Assembly: GCA_964016885.1 (NCBI GenBank)
Contig: OZ024745.1
Location: 18,786,001-18,850,000 of the forward strand
Origin: Eledone cirrhosa
Taxonomy: Eukaryota
DNA: 64,000 nt
Reading direction: 5' to 3'
Every line of letters starts with the position of its first letter. Within the stretch, counting starts at the first letter, position 1. Below are positions 28,320-43,217 of this stretch, in pieces. The notes below the pieces were generated by a model. It saw nothing but the letters and a program-made list of their open reading frames with translations. It was not told where the DNA came from and searched no databases. Made by a program: the position numbers and the translations under genes.

Positions 28320-29495
28320 ATTATTTCCTGTAACTTTGAAAGGTGGACTGTAAATTGTATACTAGTATACTTACTTAAGTATACTAGTATACTTACTAGT
28401 ATACTTACTATCTTTTGCTTGTACTCATTTTGCTATTACAACCTCTTCTAACATTTTAGGTAATCACTAATCATAGAAGTAGATCTGATATAGTATTTTA
28501 AGTAGATCTAATATAATATTTTCGAAGAACAGCTAACGCTGAATTACTGTGCGATGATAGAAGATATCGGGGTGCTTAATATGGTGATTTCTCCTACTCC
28601 TAAAGAAGATGCTTTATAATTTCTTTTATAGCAGATGTTAAATCAAGACAGATTCCACCGTATACAACAGATTCTTGATGTTGAAGTGGATCTTTTTATA
28701 TTATCTTAAGACTGACGACTCACGTGCATTGCGAACGAATGTCTTTGTATTTTAATTATCCACTTAGCTAGCGAGAATGTTCCCCGTGACTTTTCTTCAG
28801 AGTCTGAAAATGAAGCTTCAATGATTTTTAATTAATTTTCTTTCCTTTTTTTCTAATTTTGTCTGTGTGAAAGTTATGTTATTGTGGTCTTTAGTAAAAT
28901 TCAAACGTTTCTTCATGAGGACTTTTCTATCTTTGGGAAAAAGTGTTTTTAATTATTTATAATCATGGGAGAAGCATAAGCCATGACAGGTGTAAATTGG
29001 GGTGATCCCCAAGTGCCTACCTGTCACCTTTAAGAAGATTAATATCTGATAATTGAAATCGTTGCGTTTTGAAGTTTCTGGTTGGGAAATCGTTTTCAGT
29101 AGTATATTGTAAGTGCTCAATAATTCGATGGTCTAAATAAGAAAGATTTGGTTCGGTATTGAGTAGTAGGACCAGGTATATGTTATTGCTTTTTGTATGT
29201 TCTGAACCTTAAAACAGAAGTCAGATTTGTTATAAATAATTTTGTAGATACGTGTGCCCATGTCTTGATACATAAACAATGATCACAAATCCAGCTCGCA
29301 GGCCTCACACATGCGGGTAGCCAAATCCGTGGCGATGGTGGTGAGTAGGGAAGTGGTCCTAGAGTCAAGGACACCGTCTCCATCACCATCCTCCGGAGAA
29401 ACGAATTCGCTATTCTGTCTGCCGGGGCCGTGGGTCGGCCAGCGCGTGGGCTCCCGTTTGCATCTCGCACACGTGGTGACGGCTGACTACGAAAG

Positions 29496-29716
29496 CGTCT
29501 AGAGTGAAAACCCGACTGAATACGCCGGTGGCACACCAGCGATTGACTGCGCCAGTGGCACATCTACAGTGGCACCCCATCAAGTGACTGCTGCAGTGGC
29601 AGATCTAGAGTGATAACTCAACAACTGAATACGCCAGTGGCAGATCTAGTGTGTCACCCCCAACGACTGACTGCTGTCGTTGACACATCTAGTGTGTCAC
29701 CCCCAACGACTGACTG
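29496..29716. repeat. Degenerate GC-rich minisatellite, about 38-42 bp unit
   Basis: Recurrent cagtggca(g/c)atctag...cccc..c.actga motif, about 5-6 units. Confidence 0.7.
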
Positions 29717-29906
29717 TGGGAACCTGGTTTATTATTGATTTACTTCTCAAACATTTTCCTTAGCAACTAAATATCAATTTTAAGCCCCCTCCTACACACC
29801 CCGAGTCTTTATTTACTAAGTCAAGTTGGATTTCACAATTGAAATTCAATCAAGAACTCACTAAATTATTTATTAGAATGTTTACCAGGCTAAAAATTAT
29901 AATTTA

Positions 29907-29954
29907 GTCCAGAAATAGCCGTCGAAACGGCTTGAGATCTGCCGTCGGGGTCAT

Positions 29955-29959
<5 letters not shown>
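29907..29959 (+). repeat. Truncated copy of the 1038-1166 repeat, ending in (TA)n
   Basis: Reverse complement matches 1044-1096 with one mismatch. Confidence 0.8.
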
Positions 29960-31805
<1,846 letters not shown>

Positions 31806-31888
31806 ATTAGAAAGTGACCAACACAATATATAACTACTCCATCATTAGCAAAGGTTTCTGTATCCTAGACAATATTAATATATGTCTG

Positions 31889-32024
31889 GAGGTGGAGGTT
31901 GTCGTGGGTGGATCTGTCGGGAATGGCGCATGTCTGCGCCTCTCCCACCAGACGACCAACGACAAGCGCCAACCTCTTTGCTAGCACCTTGGCCAAAATC
32001 TTGAACTCTGTGTTTAGCAGAGTT
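31889..32024 (-). pseudogene. Isolated internal RT fragment of the Tx1-like family
   Basis: Diverged homologue of about 41499-41634 (TLLNTE...ILAKVLAKRLALVVG...AQTCAIP...HDNLHL). Confidence 0.8.
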
Positions 32025-32440
32025 CTTGAAATTCAATCAAGAACTCACCAAATTATTTATCACTCAGAAATACGTTTCTCTAATTCTAGCCCAACATCCA
32101 ACCAAATTCATGATTTCAACAATTCCAGGTTCCTTACATATTAACTTCATTGTGCTTTTTTTTTTTCCAATCGTATTTTGTGGTGGATACAAATAAACTT
32201 AGTTTAAATATTTTAGTCGTTGTCGTTATTGCTTTTGTTTAGTGTGATTTTACTTGTTTTATTGTTGTAGTTGTGGCTCTTGTAGTTGTGGCTCTTGTTG
32301 TTGTTGTTTTGTTGTTGTCGCTGTGGTAATCTTTGTTTGTTACTGTAGATGCTGTGATGTTTTTTTTTTTTACTGTTCTTCTTCACGCTGCTATTGTTGT
32401 TGCTGCTGCTGTTGTTGCTGCAGTCGCTGCTGTTGCTAAT

Positions 32441-33785
32441 GTTACTGTTGTGATCGTTTGCTCTTCTTCTTCTTCTCGCTGTTGTTACTGTAACTGTTGC
32501 GATCGTTTGCTCTTCTTCTTCTTCTCGCTGTTGTTACTGTAACTGTTGCGATCGTTTGCTCTTCTTCTTCTTCTCGCTGTTGTTACTGTAACTGTTGCGA
32601 TCGTTTGCTCTTCTTCTTCTTCTTCTCGCTGTTGTTACTGTAACTGTTGCGATCGTTTGCTCTTCTTCTTCTTCTCGCTGTTGTTACTGTAACTGTTGTG
32701 ATCGTTTGCTCTTCTTCTTCTCGCTGTTGTTACTGTAACTGTTGTGATCGTTTGCTCTTCTTTTTCTCGCTGTTGTTACTGTAACTGTTGTGATCGTTTG
32801 CTCTTCTTCTTCTCGCTGTTGTTACTGTAACTGTTGTGATCGTTTGCTCTTCTTCTTCTTCACGCTGTTGTTACTGTAACTGTTGTGATCGTTTGCTCTT
32901 CTTCTTCTCGCTGTTGTTACTGTAACTGTTGTGATCGTTTGCTCTTCTTCTTCTTCTCGCTGTTGTTACTGTAACTGTTGCGATCGTTTGCTCTTCTTCT
33001 TCTCGCTGTTGTTACTGTAACTGTTGTGATCGTTTGCTCTTCTTCTTCTTCTCGCTGTTGTTACTGTAACTGTTGTGATCGTTTGCTCTTCTTCTTCTTC
33101 TCGCTGTTGTTACTGTAACTGTTGCGATCGTTTGCTCTTCTTCTTCTCGCTGTTGTTACTGTAACTGTTGTGATCGTTTGCTCTTCTTCTTCTTCTCGCT
33201 GTTGTTACTGTAACTGTTGTGATCGTTTGCTCTTCTTCTTCTCGCTGTTGTTACTGTAACTGTTGTGATCGTTTGCTCTTCTTCTTCTTCTCGCTGTTGT
33301 TACTGTAACTGTTGTGATCGTTTGCTCTTCTTCTTCTCGCTGTTGTTACTGTAACTGTTGTGATCGTTTGCTCTTCTTCTTCTTCTCGCTGTTGTTACTG
33401 TAACTGTTGTGATCGTTTGCTCTTCTTCTTCTTCTCGCTGTTGTTACTGTAACTGTTGTGATCGTTTGCTCTTCTTCTTCTTCTCGCTGTTGTTACTGTA
33501 ACTGTTGTGATCGTTTGCTCTTCTTCTTCTTCTCGCTGTTGTTACTGTAACTGTTGTGATCGTTTGCTCTTCTTCTTCTTCTCGCTGTTGTTACTGTAAC
33601 TGTTGTGATCGTTTGCTCTTCTTCTTCTTCTCGCTGTTGTTACTGTAACTGTTGCGATCGTTTGCTCTTCTTCTTCTCGCTGTTGTTACTGTAACTGTTG
33701 CGATCGTTTGCTCTTCTTCTTCTCGCTGTTGTTACTGTAACTGTTGTGATCGTTTGCTCTTCTTCTTCTCGCTGTTGTTACTGTA
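32441..33785. repeat. Minisatellite, 46/49/52-bp unit, about 28 copies
   Basis: Unit is gttactgtaactgttg(t/c)gatcgtttgctc(ttc)3-5tcgctgtt. Confidence 0.95.
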
Positions 33786-34209
33786 CCTGCAGTTTCTACT
33801 GTTGTTTGTTTGTTTTTTACTGCCTATGTATTTCTATAAACACAATCTCAATTCTTTTCATCGTTTTCTGTTTTCTTCTCTGTCAATAGATTAACGGTTT
33901 ATACAGTTTGTTGATAGCTAACTTCCATGTTATGTTTCCATCAATCTTACCTCAGTGATTAGAGAGAGAGAGAGACTTCTTCTCATACAATATCATTCTA
34001 AGAAAGATTCGCTTATTTACTGATTCTTTTTCTTCTCAATAGACCACAGTCATTTATCAAAATAACAAAACAGATTCTATTCATTAATTGTAGTATTTAA
34101 CATTTCTATACGACATTTCAAATCATTAAGACGTATTTTCCACACACAAAAAACTCTATTTTGTTTTCAATGTATAATTTCCTCTGTTTCTGAATATATT
34201 CATGTATTC

Positions 34210-35440
<1,231 letters not shown>

Positions 35441-35920
35441 CTATTGTTACGTTGAAACGCGGCAATTACCGAAATGCCTGTCACTTATTTTTCTGCACCG
35501 ATTTCCGGTGAATTCACGCCTGATTCTTTGTTAAAGATATATTGAATAAAACATGTTTCAATCTAATAACTTTACAAAAGGATACAGTTTAGAACAGTAA
35601 ATATCTTCTACCACATTCTGTCTTTAAACAATGTTTGTATGTTTGTTTGTTTGGCTGTGTGAGTTTCTTTAAGGGAGAGATAAATATTTTGTGTGTGTAT
35701 ATAGTATCGTAATATGTGTGTAAGAGTTTGTATATGTGTTGGTGGTATGCTTTTATATAAATATATATGTGTGTATATATGTTGTGGGTGCGTATTTCTA
35801 TAGGAATATATATTTAGAGGGAAGAAGTGGTAGATCGACACACATACATGCTTACATACATACATACAGATAGGCGTACAGACAGATAGACGGACAGACG
35901 GATGGACAGATAGATAGATA

Positions 35921-38900
35921 TGTTTCTTTTATTTGCCACCAGGGCATCAAAAGTGGGACAAGTACAAAGGGGGAGTTTACACAAAAAGGCGTCCTCAATA
36001 AGGAGGAGGCAATAACAAAATATAAAAATAAAATAAAATAAAATATAACAAAAAATAAAATTTGTAACAAAATCCTCAATAGAGAGGAGGCGCCTTGGGG
36101 GGTCGCACACACCCCCGAAAAAAGTGTGCAACCCTTTTCCTCAGGAGCACAGAGAGGGGGTGCTCCCTCGTTCCTTCCTCTTCTCCACCTACAGGCTTAT
36201 GTAAAGAGAAGGCCCATTCACACGGGCCATTCTCGCCACTTTCACCCACCTCTCATAAAAACGACTGGGGTGGAGCACCTCTCTCTCCATCCTGATCCTT
36301 CTTCCGAAATGATATCGGAAGAAACGGATCAGTTGTTGGCCAGAGAGAAAGGTGCCTGACCTCAGTCCTTTCAGACGCGTCCACCATACAACCTCTTTCG
36401 CCATGGCTATTACGCACAGAAACACCGCCTCTGCTTCATCTTTGAAGGGGGGAGGCGGCTTGATCATTACAATAGACTCGGTGGTCAACCGGATCGGCCC
36501 CACCCTTGACAGCAGTTGTTCGACATAGCCCCACAGATCGGCTACGCCCGAGCAGTGTACCAATGCGTGTGCAACGGTTTCCTCGTCGCACACGCATCTG
36601 GGACAGATCTTTTTGGCGGGGTCCCTACCCGGGCGCCCGTGTCTGTAGAGCCTTTCTCGAACGGGTAAAGCCCCTCGGTAGCACTGCCAGGCCAGGGACT
36701 TCTGGAAGTTGTCCATAGGTCCGGGGCTGAATGTCCTACCGAACAGGCTGGCCAGTTCGTCCTCCTCCATGTCTAGGGCTTCTCCGAGGGCGTCGTCGCA
36801 CCTGCTGCGTACCAGCCCTCTATAGAATGTTGCGGTGGAGTCTCCACTGATAACCGGATCCGCCTGCCAGAGGGCGGTGAGCGCCTGGGCACACTCAGTG
36901 TGCCAGGCGCCCAGTTTTCTCGGTCTTTGCTTGACCCAGGATTGCAGCTCGGTGAGTGAGACGAGTCTGGGAAAGGTTCGTCTCACAAACGAGGCCCACA
37001 CCGGTTGACCGGTGAGGAATACGTAGAGGTGCCGTAGCCTTAATGCGTGTTTACGCATCATTAGCCACGGCATCCCCAGCCCTCCTTTCGAAGGGTGTTG
37101 ACAGCAGATGGATCTCCTCACCATAGGAGCCCGCCTCTTCCAAAGGAATTGGAAGAGTGCGCGCTCCATCTTGGTGAGGGTTTCCCTTGGGCAAGGCAAT
37201 ACGGTCAGGCGGTAGTAGATGACGGACGCTATGTAGGTGTTCGCCACCTCCGCCCGACCTTTCAGGGATAGTTTGCAACTGGCCCACTTCTGGGTCAGTG
37301 CAAACACCCTGTTCGTAACCTCCGCCCAGTTTTTCTCCACCTGGAGGTCCGGTCCGAACCAGACCCCGAGCAACTTCACCGAGCCCTCCGTCCAGCGTCC
37401 GACGACGCCATCGGAGGGCATCGGTCTGCCCCTCCACGTGCCGAGTTGCAAACCGATCGACTTGTCCCGGTTCAGCTTAGCCCCTGTGAACCTTTCGTAC
37501 TCCTCCAGTAAGGTGCCGACCGCCTCGATTTCGGAGGCGTCGACACCATTACTGTCACGTCATCGGCGTAGGCCGACACCGCTTTCCGCAATCCCGGTTC
37601 CAAAGGGATGCCCTGCAACAACTCCAACTTCCGCAGTAGTGGCTCGAGAGTCAACACATACAGAAGGGAGCAGAGAGGGCACCCTTGTCGGATGGACCGC
37701 GCGATTTTGAACGGCTCCGAGAGGTAGCCGTTCACCTTGATCCTAGAACAGATGTGGTTGCAGATGCGGCTGCTGTGCATAGCAGTGATCCAGCCCCTGA
37801 AAACGGGTCCGAAGCCTGCCGCCGCTAGCACCGCATCCAGGTAACCATGGTCGACCCTATCGAACGCCTTAGATTGATCCAAGTTGATCAGAGCCCCACC
37901 AAAGCCGGGTTCGTTCCCAACCCTTTCTATGATGTATCGCATGAGGTGGAGGTTGTCATGGATGGACCTGGACGGGATAGCGCATGTCTGCGCATCTCCC
38001 ACCAGGTTGCCCACGACAAGCGCCAACCTCTTTGCTAGCACCTTGGCCAAAATCTGTAACTCTGTATTTAGCAGAGTTATGGGCCTGAAGTTACTTATTT
38101 CGTCCCCCTTGTTCTCGTCCTTCCTCACTAGCGTGACTACGCCCTTGGTCACAGTACAGGGAATTCTCCCGTTCTGTTGCCAGTTGCAGTAGACCGCCTC
38201 GAGGAGATCGGGGAACAAGTCCGGCATAGCTAGATATAATTCGTAAGGAAGACCATCGAGACCCGGGGATTTGCGTTTGCCGCATTGGCTCAGCACGTCC
38301 TCTATCTCAGCGGCCGAAATCGGCTCCTCGCAGGACTTCGCCTCCCTGTCCGAGAGGCGCGGCAGGCCGTCGAGGTATGGACCGAAGTCCACGTTCCCAA
38401 CCGGCTCCCCGCCCCTCCCGAACAGTCGGGCAAAGTGCCTTTGAAAGGCCTCACACATCTGCTTAGGCTCAAGAATCGCCCGTCCATCCAGGTCTCGCAA
38501 AGACCGGATGGTGGATTTAGTTCCACTGTTGGCCTCTGTCACGCGGGCCCAGCTAACAGCTTTGGCCCCCTCGTTCCCTAGAGCACGTATTTTACTTCGG
38601 ACAACGCAACCTTCGTGCTTCGCGTCGAAAAACTGGCTCAAAGCCGTTCTCGACGCTAGCACTCTGGCCACGTCGCCGCTTCTAATAGCCTCTTCTACTC
38701 TATCTATTAGCTCCCTTTCCTTCCTATTCCTATCCGCAGCTAGAACCTTACTAAATTCTATCGAGACTACTCTAATCTCTCTCTTTAGAGATACCCACCA
38801 CCTGCAGTTGACGATCGCTCCAGTCAACCGTTCCTTAAAAAAAGTACTAATCCGATCCCTGTAGGCTCTACTTGCCGGCAAGGACAAGTTGAGCTTCCAG

Positions 38901-39344
38901 TAACCGGGGCCCTGTCTATGCGTTCTATCAAGGTTGACCATGCAGGTCACCAACTTGTGGTCTGAATAGCCAACCATGAGCATTTCTGGACAACTTAAAA
39001 AGTCCCTGTCCTTATTTCTAACCAAAAATCTATCTAGGTACGACCTAGATGATCCGCTGCGATTTGACCAAGACCAGGTTGGCACCGTCGGAAAATCTAG
39101 TCGAAATCTATCGGCCAGGTCAAATCGGCCGAGTAACCCCTTGAGGCTGTTGCACCCCTCTCTATCGGGACATGCCCCTGCATAGTCCCAACGTGCATCC
39201 AGGATACCATTCCAATCCCCCACTAAAAGCAGGGAACGGGACGTCCCTAGAAAAGACTCCAGACGCTGGAAAAAGTCGGGCCGCTCAGTCCCAAAAGGGG
39301 CATATGCGGCTACCAGCCTAAAGGCTCTACCTTCACCACTGCCA
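35921..39344 (-). mobile_element. Tx1-like non-LTR retrotransposon copy 2, 5'-truncated within the endonuclease
   Basis: Collinear with 39492-42900. The 3' end AATAAAAGAAAC runs into (ATCT)n and the 5' junction abuts (GATA)n. Confidence 0.95.
36189..39344 (-). pseudogene. Truncated, frameshifted ORF2 (partial EN, RT, zinc finger)
   Basis: Has a 1-bp deletion near 37538 (gaggcgtcg vs gaggccgtcg), a 12-bp insertion (ICNHICSR) and CPLCS instead of CPLSS. YADD is present. Confidence 0.9.
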
Positions 39345-39416
39345 ATAGATAGATAGATGGATAGATAGATAGATAGAGAGATAGATGTATAGATAGATAA
39401 ATAGATAGATAGACAT

Positions 39417-39491
<75 letters not shown>
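39345..39491. repeat. (GATA)n microsatellite between Tx1 copies 1 and 2
   Basis: Seen directly in the sequence. Confidence 0.97.
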
Positions 39492-39755
39492 TGTTTCTTT
39501 TATTTGCCACTAGGGCATCAAAAGTGGGACAAGTACAAAGGGGGGAGTTTACACAAACTGGCGTCCTCAATAAGGAGGAGGCAATAACAAAATATAAGAT
39601 TAAAATGAGATATAACAAAAAATAAAATTTTTAACAAAATCCTCAATAGAGAGGAGGCGCCTTGGGGGGTCGCACACACCCCCGAAAAAAGTGTGCAACC
39701 CTTCTCCTCAGGAGCACAGAGAAGGGGTGCTCCCTTGGTCTTTCATCTTCCTCAC

Positions 39756-42700
39756 CTATAGTCTGATGTAGAGTGAAGGCCCATTCACACGGGCCATTCT
39801 CGCCACTTTCACCCATCTTTCATAGAAACGGCTGGGGTGCAGCACCTCTCTCTCCATCCTGATCCTTCTTCCGAAATGATATCGGAAGAAACGGACCAGT
39901 TGTTGGCCAGAGAGAAAGGTGCCCGACCTCAGTCCTTTCAGACGCGTCCACCATACAACCTCTTTCGCCATGGCTATTACGCACAGAAACACCGCCTCTG
40001 CTTCATCTTTGAAGGGGGGAGGCGGCTTGATCATTACAATAGACTCGGTGGTCAACCGGATCGGTCCCACCCTTGACAGCAGTTGTTCGACATAGCCCCA
40101 CAGATCGGCTACGCCCGAGCAGTGTACCAATGCGTGTGCAACGGTTTCCTCGTCGCACACGCATCTGGGACAGATCTTTTTGGCGGGGTCCCTACCCGGG
40201 CGCCCGTGTCTGTAGAGCCTTTCTCGAACGGGTAAAGCCCCTCGGTAGCACTGCCAGGCCAGGGACTTCTGGAAGTTGTCCATAGGTCCCGGGCTGAATG
40301 TCCTACCGAACAGGCTGGCCAGTTCGTCCTCCTCCATGTCTAGGGCTTCTCCGAGGGCGTCGTCGCACCTGCTGCGCACCAGCCCTCTATAGAATGTTGC
40401 GGTGGAGTCTCCACTGATAACCGGATCCGCCTGCCAGAGGGAGGTGAGCGCCTGGGCACACTCAGTGTGCCAGGCGCCCAGTTTTCTCGGTCTTTGCTTG
40501 ACCCAGGATTGCAGCTCGGTGAGTGAGACGAGTCTGGGAAAGGTTCGTCTCACAAACGAGGCCCACACCGGTTGTCCGGTGAGGAATACGTAGAGGTGCC
40601 GTAGCCTTAATGCGTGTTTACGCATCATTAGCCACGGCATCCCCAGCCCTCCTTTCGAAGGGTGTTGACAGCAGATGGATCTCCTCACCATAGGAGCCCG
40701 CCTCTTCCAAAGGAATTGGAAGAGCGCGCGCTCCATCTTGGTGAGGGTTTCCCTTGGGCAGGGCACTACGGTCAGGCGGTAGTAGATGACGGACGCTATG
40801 TAGGTGTTCGCCACCTCCGCCCGACCTTTCAGGGATAGTTTGCAACTGGCCCACTTCTGGGTCAGTGCAAACACCCTGTTCGTAACCTCCGCCCAGTTTT
40901 TCTCCACCTGGAGGTCCGGTCCGAACCAGACCCCGAGCAACTTCACCGGGCCCTCCGTCCAGCGTCCGACGACGCTATCGGAGGGCATCGGTCTGCCCCT
41001 CCACGTGCCGAGTTGCAAACCGATCGACTTGTCCCGGTTCAGCTTAGCCCCTGTGAACTTTTCGTACTCCTCCAGTAAGGTGCCAACCGCCTCGATTTCG
41101 GAGGCCGTCGACACCATTACTGTCACGTCATCGGCGTAGGCCGACACCGCTTTCCGCAATCCCGGTTCCATAGGGATGCCCTGCAACAACTCCAACTTCC
41201 GCAGTAGTGGCTCGAGAGTCAACACATACAGAAGGGAGGAGAGGGGGCACCCTTGTCGGATGGACCGCGCGATTTTGAACGGCTCCGAGAGGTAGCCGTT
41301 CACCTTGACCCTAGAGCAGATGCGGCTGCTGTGCATAGCAGTGATCCAGCCCCTGAAAACGGGTCCGAAGCCTGCCGCCGCTAGCACCGCATCCAGGTAA
41401 CCATGGTCGACCCTATCGAACGCCTTAGATTGATCCAAGTTGATCAGAGCCCCACCAAAGCCGGGTTCGTTCCCAACCCTCTCTATGATGTATCGCATGA
41501 GGTGGAGGTTGTCATGGATGGACCTGGACGGGATAGCGCATGTCTGCGCATCTCCCACCAGGTTGCCCACGACAAGCGCCAACCTCTTTGCTAGCACCTT
41601 GGCCAAAATCTGTAACTCTGTATTTAGCAGTGTTATGGGCCTGAAGTTACTTATTTCGTCCCCCTTGTTCTCGTCCTTCCTCACTAGCGTGACTACGCCC
41701 TTGGTCACAGTACAGGGAATTCTCCCGTTCTGTTGCCAGTTGCAGTAGACCGCCTCGAGGAGATCGGGGAACAAGTCCGGCATAGCTAGATATAATTCGT
41801 AAGGAAGACCATCGAGACCCGGGGATTTGCGTTTGCCGCATTGGCTCAGCACGTCCTCTATCTCAGCGGCCGAAATCGGCTCCTCGCAGGACTTCGCCTC
41901 CCTGTCCGAGAGGCGCGGCAGGCCGTCGAGGTATGGACCGAAGTCCACGTTCCCAACCGGCTCCCCGCCCCTCCCGAACAGTCGGGCAAAGTGCCTTTGA
42001 AAGGCCTCACACATCTGCTTAGGCTCAAGAATCGCCCGTCCATCCAGGTCTCGCAAAGACCGGATGGTGGATTTAGTTCCACTGTTGGCCTCTGTCACGC
42101 GGGCCCAGCTAACAGCTTTGGTCCCCTCGTTCCCTAGAGCACGTATTTTACTTCGGACAACGCAGCCTTCGTGCTTCGCGTCGAAAAACTGGCTCAAAGC
42201 CGTTCTCGACGCTAGCACTCTGGCCACGTCGCCGCTTCTAATTGCCTCTTCTACTCTATCTATTAGCTCCCTTTCCTTCCTATTCCTATCCGCAGCTAGA
42301 ACCTTACTAAATTCTATCGAGACTACTCTAATCTCTCTCTTTAGAGATACCCACCACCTGCTGTTGACGATCGCTCCAGTCAACCGTTCCTTAACTAACG
42401 TACTAATCCGATTCCTGTAGGCTCTACTTGCCGGCAAGGACAAGTTGAGCTTCCAGTAACCGGGGCCCTGTCTATGAGTTCTGTCAAGGTTGACCATGCA
42501 GGTCACTAATTTGTGGTCTGAATAGCCAACAATGCGCATTTTTGGACAACTTAAAAAGTCCTTATCCTTAATTCTAACTAAGAACCTATCTAGGTACGAC
42601 CTAGATGATCCGCTACGATTTGCCCAAGTCCAGGTTGGCGCAGTCGGAAAATCTAGTCGATATCTATCGGCCAGGTCAAATCGACCGATTATCCCTTTTA

Positions 42701-43193
42701 GGCTATTACACCCCTCTCTATCGGGGCAGGCCCCTACGTAGTCCCAGCGTGCATCTAGGATACCATTCCAGTCCCCCACTAATAGCAAGGAGCGGGACGT
42801 CCCTAGAAAAGTCTCCAGACGATGGAAGAAGTCCGACCGCATTGACCCGAAAGGGCCGTAGGCGGCTACCAACCTAAACGCTTCGCCTTTACCACTGCCA
42901 AGGTCCAGAACCACTAGTCGACCCTCCGGGTCCAAATGTACCATCTGTGTTGCGAGACCCAGATGTTTTTGCAGCAGAACGACAACTCCACCCCCACCTC
43001 CGGGCTGACAGAGAGATGCGTGCATCTCAAAGTCATCAAAGGTGGGGGCCAGCTGTCGCACGTTGCTGATCCGGGCCTCGCAAATAACCATCACATCTAT
43101 ACGTTGTGACCTGAGGTCATTTAGAAGCATTGCTTGCTTCCAAGTTGAGCCCAGGCCACGCGCATTTAAACAGCCTACTCTTAGCATAGCCAT
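39756..43193 (-). CDS. ORF2: APE endonuclease, reverse transcriptase and C-terminal zinc finger (about 1145 aa, uninterrupted)
   Basis: EN motifs CLNARG, ICEAR, GDWN, YLDRF, SDH. RT motifs KSPGLDG, FRPITLLN, DQSKAFDRV, RQGCPLS, YADD. Zinc finger CPRC...HALVHC. First ATG is at 43193; the track start at 43217 is a GTG. Confidence 0.95.
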   Translation of the reverse strand: MAMLRVGCLNARGLGSTWKQAMLLNDLRSQRIDVMVICEARISNVRQLAPTFDDFEMHASLCQPGGGGGVVVLLQKHLGLATQMVHLDPEGRLVVLDLGSGKGEAFRLVAAYGPFGSMRSDFFHRLETFLGTSRSLLLVGDWNGILDARWDYVGACPDREGCNSLKGIIGRFDLADRYRLDFPTAPTWTWANRSGSSRSYLDRFLVRIKDKDFLSCPKMRIVGYSDHKLVTCMVNLDRTHRQGPGYWKLNLSLPASRAYRNRISTLVKERLTGAIVNSRWWVSLKREIRVVSIEFSKVLAADRNRKERELIDRVEEAIRSGDVARVLASRTALSQFFDAKHEGCVVRSKIRALGNEGTKAVSWARVTEANSGTKSTIRSLRDLDGRAILEPKQMCEAFQRHFARLFGRGGEPVGNVDFGPYLDGLPRLSDREAKSCEEPISAAEIEDVLSQCGKRKSPGLDGLPYELYLAMPDLFPDLLEAVYCNWQQNGRIPCTVTKGVVTLVRKDENKGDEISNFRPITLLNTELQILAKVLAKRLALVVGNLVGDAQTCAIPSRSIHDNLHLMRYIIERVGNEPGFGGALINLDQSKAFDRVDHGYLDAVLAAAGFGPVFRGWITAMHSSRICSRVKVNGYLSEPFKIARSIRQGCPLSSLLYVLTLEPLLRKLELLQGIPMEPGLRKAVSAYADDVTVMVSTASEIEAVGTLLEEYEKFTGAKLNRDKSIGLQLGTWRGRPMPSDSVVGRWTEGPVKLLGVWFGPDLQVEKNWAEVTNRVFALTQKWASCKLSLKGRAEVANTYIASVIYYRLTVVPCPRETLTKMERALFQFLWKRRAPMVRRSICCQHPSKGGLGMPWLMMRKHALRLRHLYVFLTGQPVWASFVRRTFPRLVSLTELQSWVKQRPRKLGAWHTECAQALTSLWQADPVISGDSTATFYRGLVRSRCDDALGEALDMEEDELASLFGRTFSPGPMDNFQKSLAWQCYRGALPVRERLYRHGRPGRDPAKKICPRCVCDEETVAHALVHCSGVADLWGYVEQLLSRVGPIRLTTESIVMIKPPPPFKDEAEAVFLCVIAMAKEVVWWTRLKGLRSGTFLSGQQLVRFFRYHFGRRIRMEREVLHPSRFYERWVKVARMARVNGPSLYIRL

Positions 43194-43217
43194 GTTGGTG
43201 GTGAAGAGAAAAGGCAC

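Noticed and set aside
1044-29959. Giant 29-kb transposon bounded by 53-bp inverted repeats
   Set aside because: The left copy already has a local partner arm, there is no transposase or TSD, and the repeat is better explained as a dispersed retroelement end.
43215-43217. GTG start for ORF2 given by the ORF track
   Set aside because: This is a bacterial start rule. ATG at 43193 matches the usual position just before the EN motif LNARG.
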